DNA from: Chiloscyllium plagiosum
Lineage: Eukaryota
NCBI RefSeq assembly: GCF_004010195.1
Contig: NC_057718.1
Location: 12,570,121-12,620,564, forward strand
Direction: 5' to 3'
DNA: 50,444 nt
Shown here one piece after another: positions 47,301-50,444 of this stretch (its first letter is position 1; every line of letters begins with the position of its first letter). The translations under genes and the position numbers were made by a program. The notes beneath the pieces were generated by a model. That model worked only from the letters and a program-made list of their open reading frames with translations. It did not search any database and was not told the origin of the DNA.

Positions 47301-48575
47301 CTGAAATCCTGTCCCTGTCCTTCCTACTCTCATCCTCCTGTGCACTGCAGCTATACCTCCGGTTCCCATCCCACTGCTGAGCTAGTTTAAACCCACCCAA
47401 ATAGCACCAGCAAATTTCTCACCCAGGATATTAGTACCCCTCTAGTTCAAGTGAAGACCATCCTGTTTGTACAGGTCCCACCTTCCCCAGAATGAGCCCC
47501 AATTATCCAAAATCCTGAAATCCTCCCTCCTGCACCATCCTTGCAACCACGTGTTTAGCTGATATCTCTCCCTATTCCTTGCCTCGCTATCACATGGCAC
47601 GCGTAACAATTCGGAGATAACAACTTTGTTTTTTCTCGCTCTCAGCTTCCACCCTAGCTCCCTGAAATCCTGCTTTACATCCCTATCCCTCTTTCTACCT
47701 ATGTCATTGGTACCTACATGGACAACGACTTGTGGCTGGTCACCCTCTCCCTTAAGGACCCCAAAGATACGATCCGAGACATCACGGAACCTGGCACCTG
47801 GGAGGCAACACACTAACTGCGAGTTTTGTTCGTTCCCCATAAACCTTCTATCTGAGCCTCTAACTATTGAGTCCCCAATGACTAACACTCTTCTCCTTTA
47901 CCTCCTTCTCTTCTGTGCAACAGGGACAGGCTCTGTGCCAGAGACCTGGGCCCCACTGCATACCCTTGGTAAGTCGTCCCCCTCAATAGTATCCAAAATG
48001 GTAGACATGTTTTTCAGGGAAACGACCACATGGGATCCCTCCACTGACAGTTATTTCCCCTTTCGAATAGTCACCTAGCCTATGAGTAACTACTTCCCTG
48101 TAACTCTTATCTATCACAGCCTCTGCCTCCTGAATGATCCAAAGTTCATCCAGCTACTGCTCCAGTTCCCTAACATGGTCTTGGAAGAGCGAGAGTTGGG
48201 TGCACTTCCTGCAGATGTACTTGGATGGGACACTCTTGGCGTTCCTGACCTCAAACATCATGCAGGAGGCACATTGCTCTCCCTGCACTGCCATCCCTGC
48301 TAGTCCCCTAGTCACAAGGTGAAAAAGAGAGGCTTACCTGATATGTCCTTGGTCTTTAAGGTTAGAGGAGGTGGTTGGATGGGAGGCCCTACAAAGGTAG
48401 GGTCTCAGGTTGAGAAGACACTGACTTATATAAAAGGATGGAAATAAAAATAAGAAGACCCTCCTTTCCCAGAAACCTCTGCTCTGACATCAAATTTAAA
48501 AAGTGACTCACCGCTCTCGGCAGGTCCCGGTGCAATGTCCCGCCCTTCAAGTTGCTGCTGCTGCTGCTGAAAAAC
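44386..48575 (-). mobile_element. Near full-length CR1 LINE (5' UTR, ORF1, ORF2, 3' tail), inactivated
   Basis: ORF1 from ATG 48294: CASC...CRKC zinc finger and SGNH esterase (VIGDSIVRG, VHVGTND, DGLHLN). ORF2: APE (VAISETW, DFNFPNIDW, SDHN) and RT; stops and frameshifts; ttctatg tail. Confidence 0.97.
45662..45731 (+). repeat. Perfect 35-bp tandem duplication within the CR1 RT
   Basis: ttgcttgcgagaggattataaatcttatctctcat occurs twice (45662-45696, 45697-45731). Confidence 0.95.
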
Positions 48576-48855
48576 AGAAAAATGAAGAAAAAAGAAAATA
48601 AGTTTGTGGGGTGATTTTGTACTTGCAGAATTACATTTTACTTCGCTCAAAAACTGCATGAATCCATGTAAGATTCTGCAAATCCATTTTTTAGATTAGA
48701 ATCAGTCTGACCATTGTGGCACAGACAGCCTCACAAGGAAGCTGATACATTCAATGCATTATCTGGGCCGACATGATACTAATTGTTAAAGTTCACTTGA
48801 GAATATAACTTTAAAAAAGTATTTTGCAATTGATATATGAAAGAACTGAACCCAA

Positions 48856-50444
48856 TAGTTAGACAGATTGACAAGAGATTTTGTGGTCAGGAATGGGACT
48901 CCTGGAAGCTATGTTGCCTTCCTGGTGCCAGGGTCTGGGATGTTGCCGATCGGGGTTTACAAGATTCTGAAGGGGGAGAGTGAGCAGCCAGAAATCGTGG
49001 TATGTAATAGCACCAATGATATAGCCAGGAAATGGATTGAGAATCTGAAAAGTGACTACAGCGAGCTGGATTGGAAGCTGAAGAGTAGTGTTCTCTGCTT
49101 TGCTACCGGTGCCACGAGATAGTGAGATGAGGAACAGTCAGCGAGTGCACCTTAACACGTGGCTGCACAGCTGGTGCAGGAGGGAGAGCTTCAGATACCT
49201 AGACCATTGGGTTACCTTCTGGGGAAGGTGGGACCTGTACATGAAGGATGGGTTGCACCTGAACTGGAGGGGCAAAATGTCCTGGGTGGGAGATTTGCTC
49301 ATGTGATTCGGAAGGTTATAAACTCGTTTGGTAGGGTGGTGGGAATCAGAGCCACATGTCGGAGAGGGGGTCAGTTGCAGACAGGACAGTGACAGGATAT
49401 GTTGAATCTATCAGGAAGGTTTCTCACGCGATGAAACAAAGGGATTGGTTAAAGTGTGTCTGCTTTAATGCAAGGAGTGTCTGAAATAAGAGTGACAAAC
49501 TTAGAGCGTGGATCAGTGCTTGGGGCTACGATGTTGTGGCCATAACAGAGACAGGGGTTTCACAGGGGCAGGAATGGTTGCTTGATGTTCCAGGGTTTGG
49601 AACGTTTAAAAAGAACAGGGAGGGTGGAAAAAGAGGAGTGCGTGTAGCATTGCTAATCAGAGAGTGCATCACAGCTACAGAAACGAAGGTTGTTGAGGAA
49701 GGTTTATCAGTATGGGTGGAAAGTTAGGAACAGCAAGGAAACAGCCACCATAATGAGGGTTTTCTACAGACACCTAATAGCAGTAGAGAGATTGAAGATC
49801 CCATAGGCAGGCAGATTCTGGAAAAAAGCAAAAGTAGCAGGGTTGTTGTTATGGGCGATTTCAACTTTCCCAATATCGACTGGAACCTCCTAAGTGCCGA
49901 TGGTTTGGTTGGAGCTGTTTTTGTCAGGTGTGTTCAGGAGGGTTTCCTTACTCACTATGTAGACAGACCGACGAGGGGAGAGGCAGTTTTGGATTTGGTG
50001 TTCAGCAACAAGCCAGGACAGGTGTCAGATCTCGCGGTGGGAGAACACTTTGGTGAAAGTGATCACAACTGCCTCACATTTAGCATAGCCTTGGAGAGGG
50101 AAAGGAGCAGTTACTGAGGGAAGATATTTAATTGGGGAAAAGGAAATGATGACGCTATCAGACAGGAGTTGGGAAGTACAGACTGGGAGCAATTGTTCCA
50201 CAGAAAGGGCAAAGCAGACATGTGGAGACTATTTAAGGAGCAGTTGTTGCGAGTGATGCACAAACCTGTTCCTCTGAGACAGGTAAGAAGGGGTAAGATT
50301 AAGGAACCTTGGATGACGAGACCAGAGGAACTTCTCGTCAAAAGGAAGAAGGCAGCTTACGTAAGGTGGAGGAAGCAAGGATCTAGCATGGCTTTAGAGG
50401 ATTACCGGCTTGCTAGAAAGGAGCTCAGAAATGGACTGAGGAGA
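48856..50444 (+). mobile_element. CR1 LINE (ORF1 esterase and ORF2 APE), running off the window end
   Basis: LNTWLHSWCRRE...WGRWDLYMKDGLHLN; AITET; MGDFNFPNIDW...PTRGEAVLDLV...SDHN. Confidence 0.95.

Larger units (their letters stand above)
42801..48855. mobile_element. PLE inverted-repeat insertion: minus arm 42801 to about 43970, plus arm about 43970-44385 and 48598-48855
   Basis: The minus arm encodes GIY-YIG (CLQGCPEAWYIG...MNGHRTTI...VGEHFS...GLNRDLGFMSHYR); the plus arm repeats the C-terminus; 48598-48855 is the reverse complement of about 43035-43287. Hammerhead at 42880-42914 has a core C-to-A change. Confidence 0.9.

Noticed and set aside
1..50444. CRISPR arrays, prokaryotic operons or defence systems, rRNA
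   Set aside because: No regularly spaced repeats or dense coding sequence; the window is vertebrate repeat-rich DNA.

Overview
Repeat-dense, AT-rich eukaryotic DNA with two N gaps. The repeat repertoire (HE1-type V-SINEs, DeuSINEs, CR1 and L2 LINEs, Penelope-like elements) points to a cartilaginous fish (shark) intronic or intergenic region; this assignment is an inference. No recognisable host protein-coding gene was found: every ORF I could recognise is a decayed transposon fragment. Main content: (i) many CR1 copies, including one near full-length copy (44386-48575, minus) with zinc-finger/esterase ORF1 and APE-RT ORF2; (ii) several Penelope-like element (PLE) families with RT or GIY-YIG remnants, two forming roughly kb-scale inverted repeats; (iii) a solo LTR with a 5-bp TSD; (iv) several repeat-free islands with clustered transcription-factor motifs (candidate enhancers or promoter). 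The most interesting signal is a set of minimal type-I hammerhead ribozyme cores (CTGAnGA-helix II-GAAA-palindromic helix III-UH) carried by at least three or four distinct PLE terminal-repeat families. Some sit in short non-coding, head-to-head inverted insertions flanked by 6-14 bp TSDs, and one of these has captured a 66-bp inverted copy of DNA about 700 bp away. A probable fossil Harbinger Myb/SANT ORF lies near 38.2-38.45 kb. Repeat boundaries were read by eye and are approximate unless a TSD is cited.
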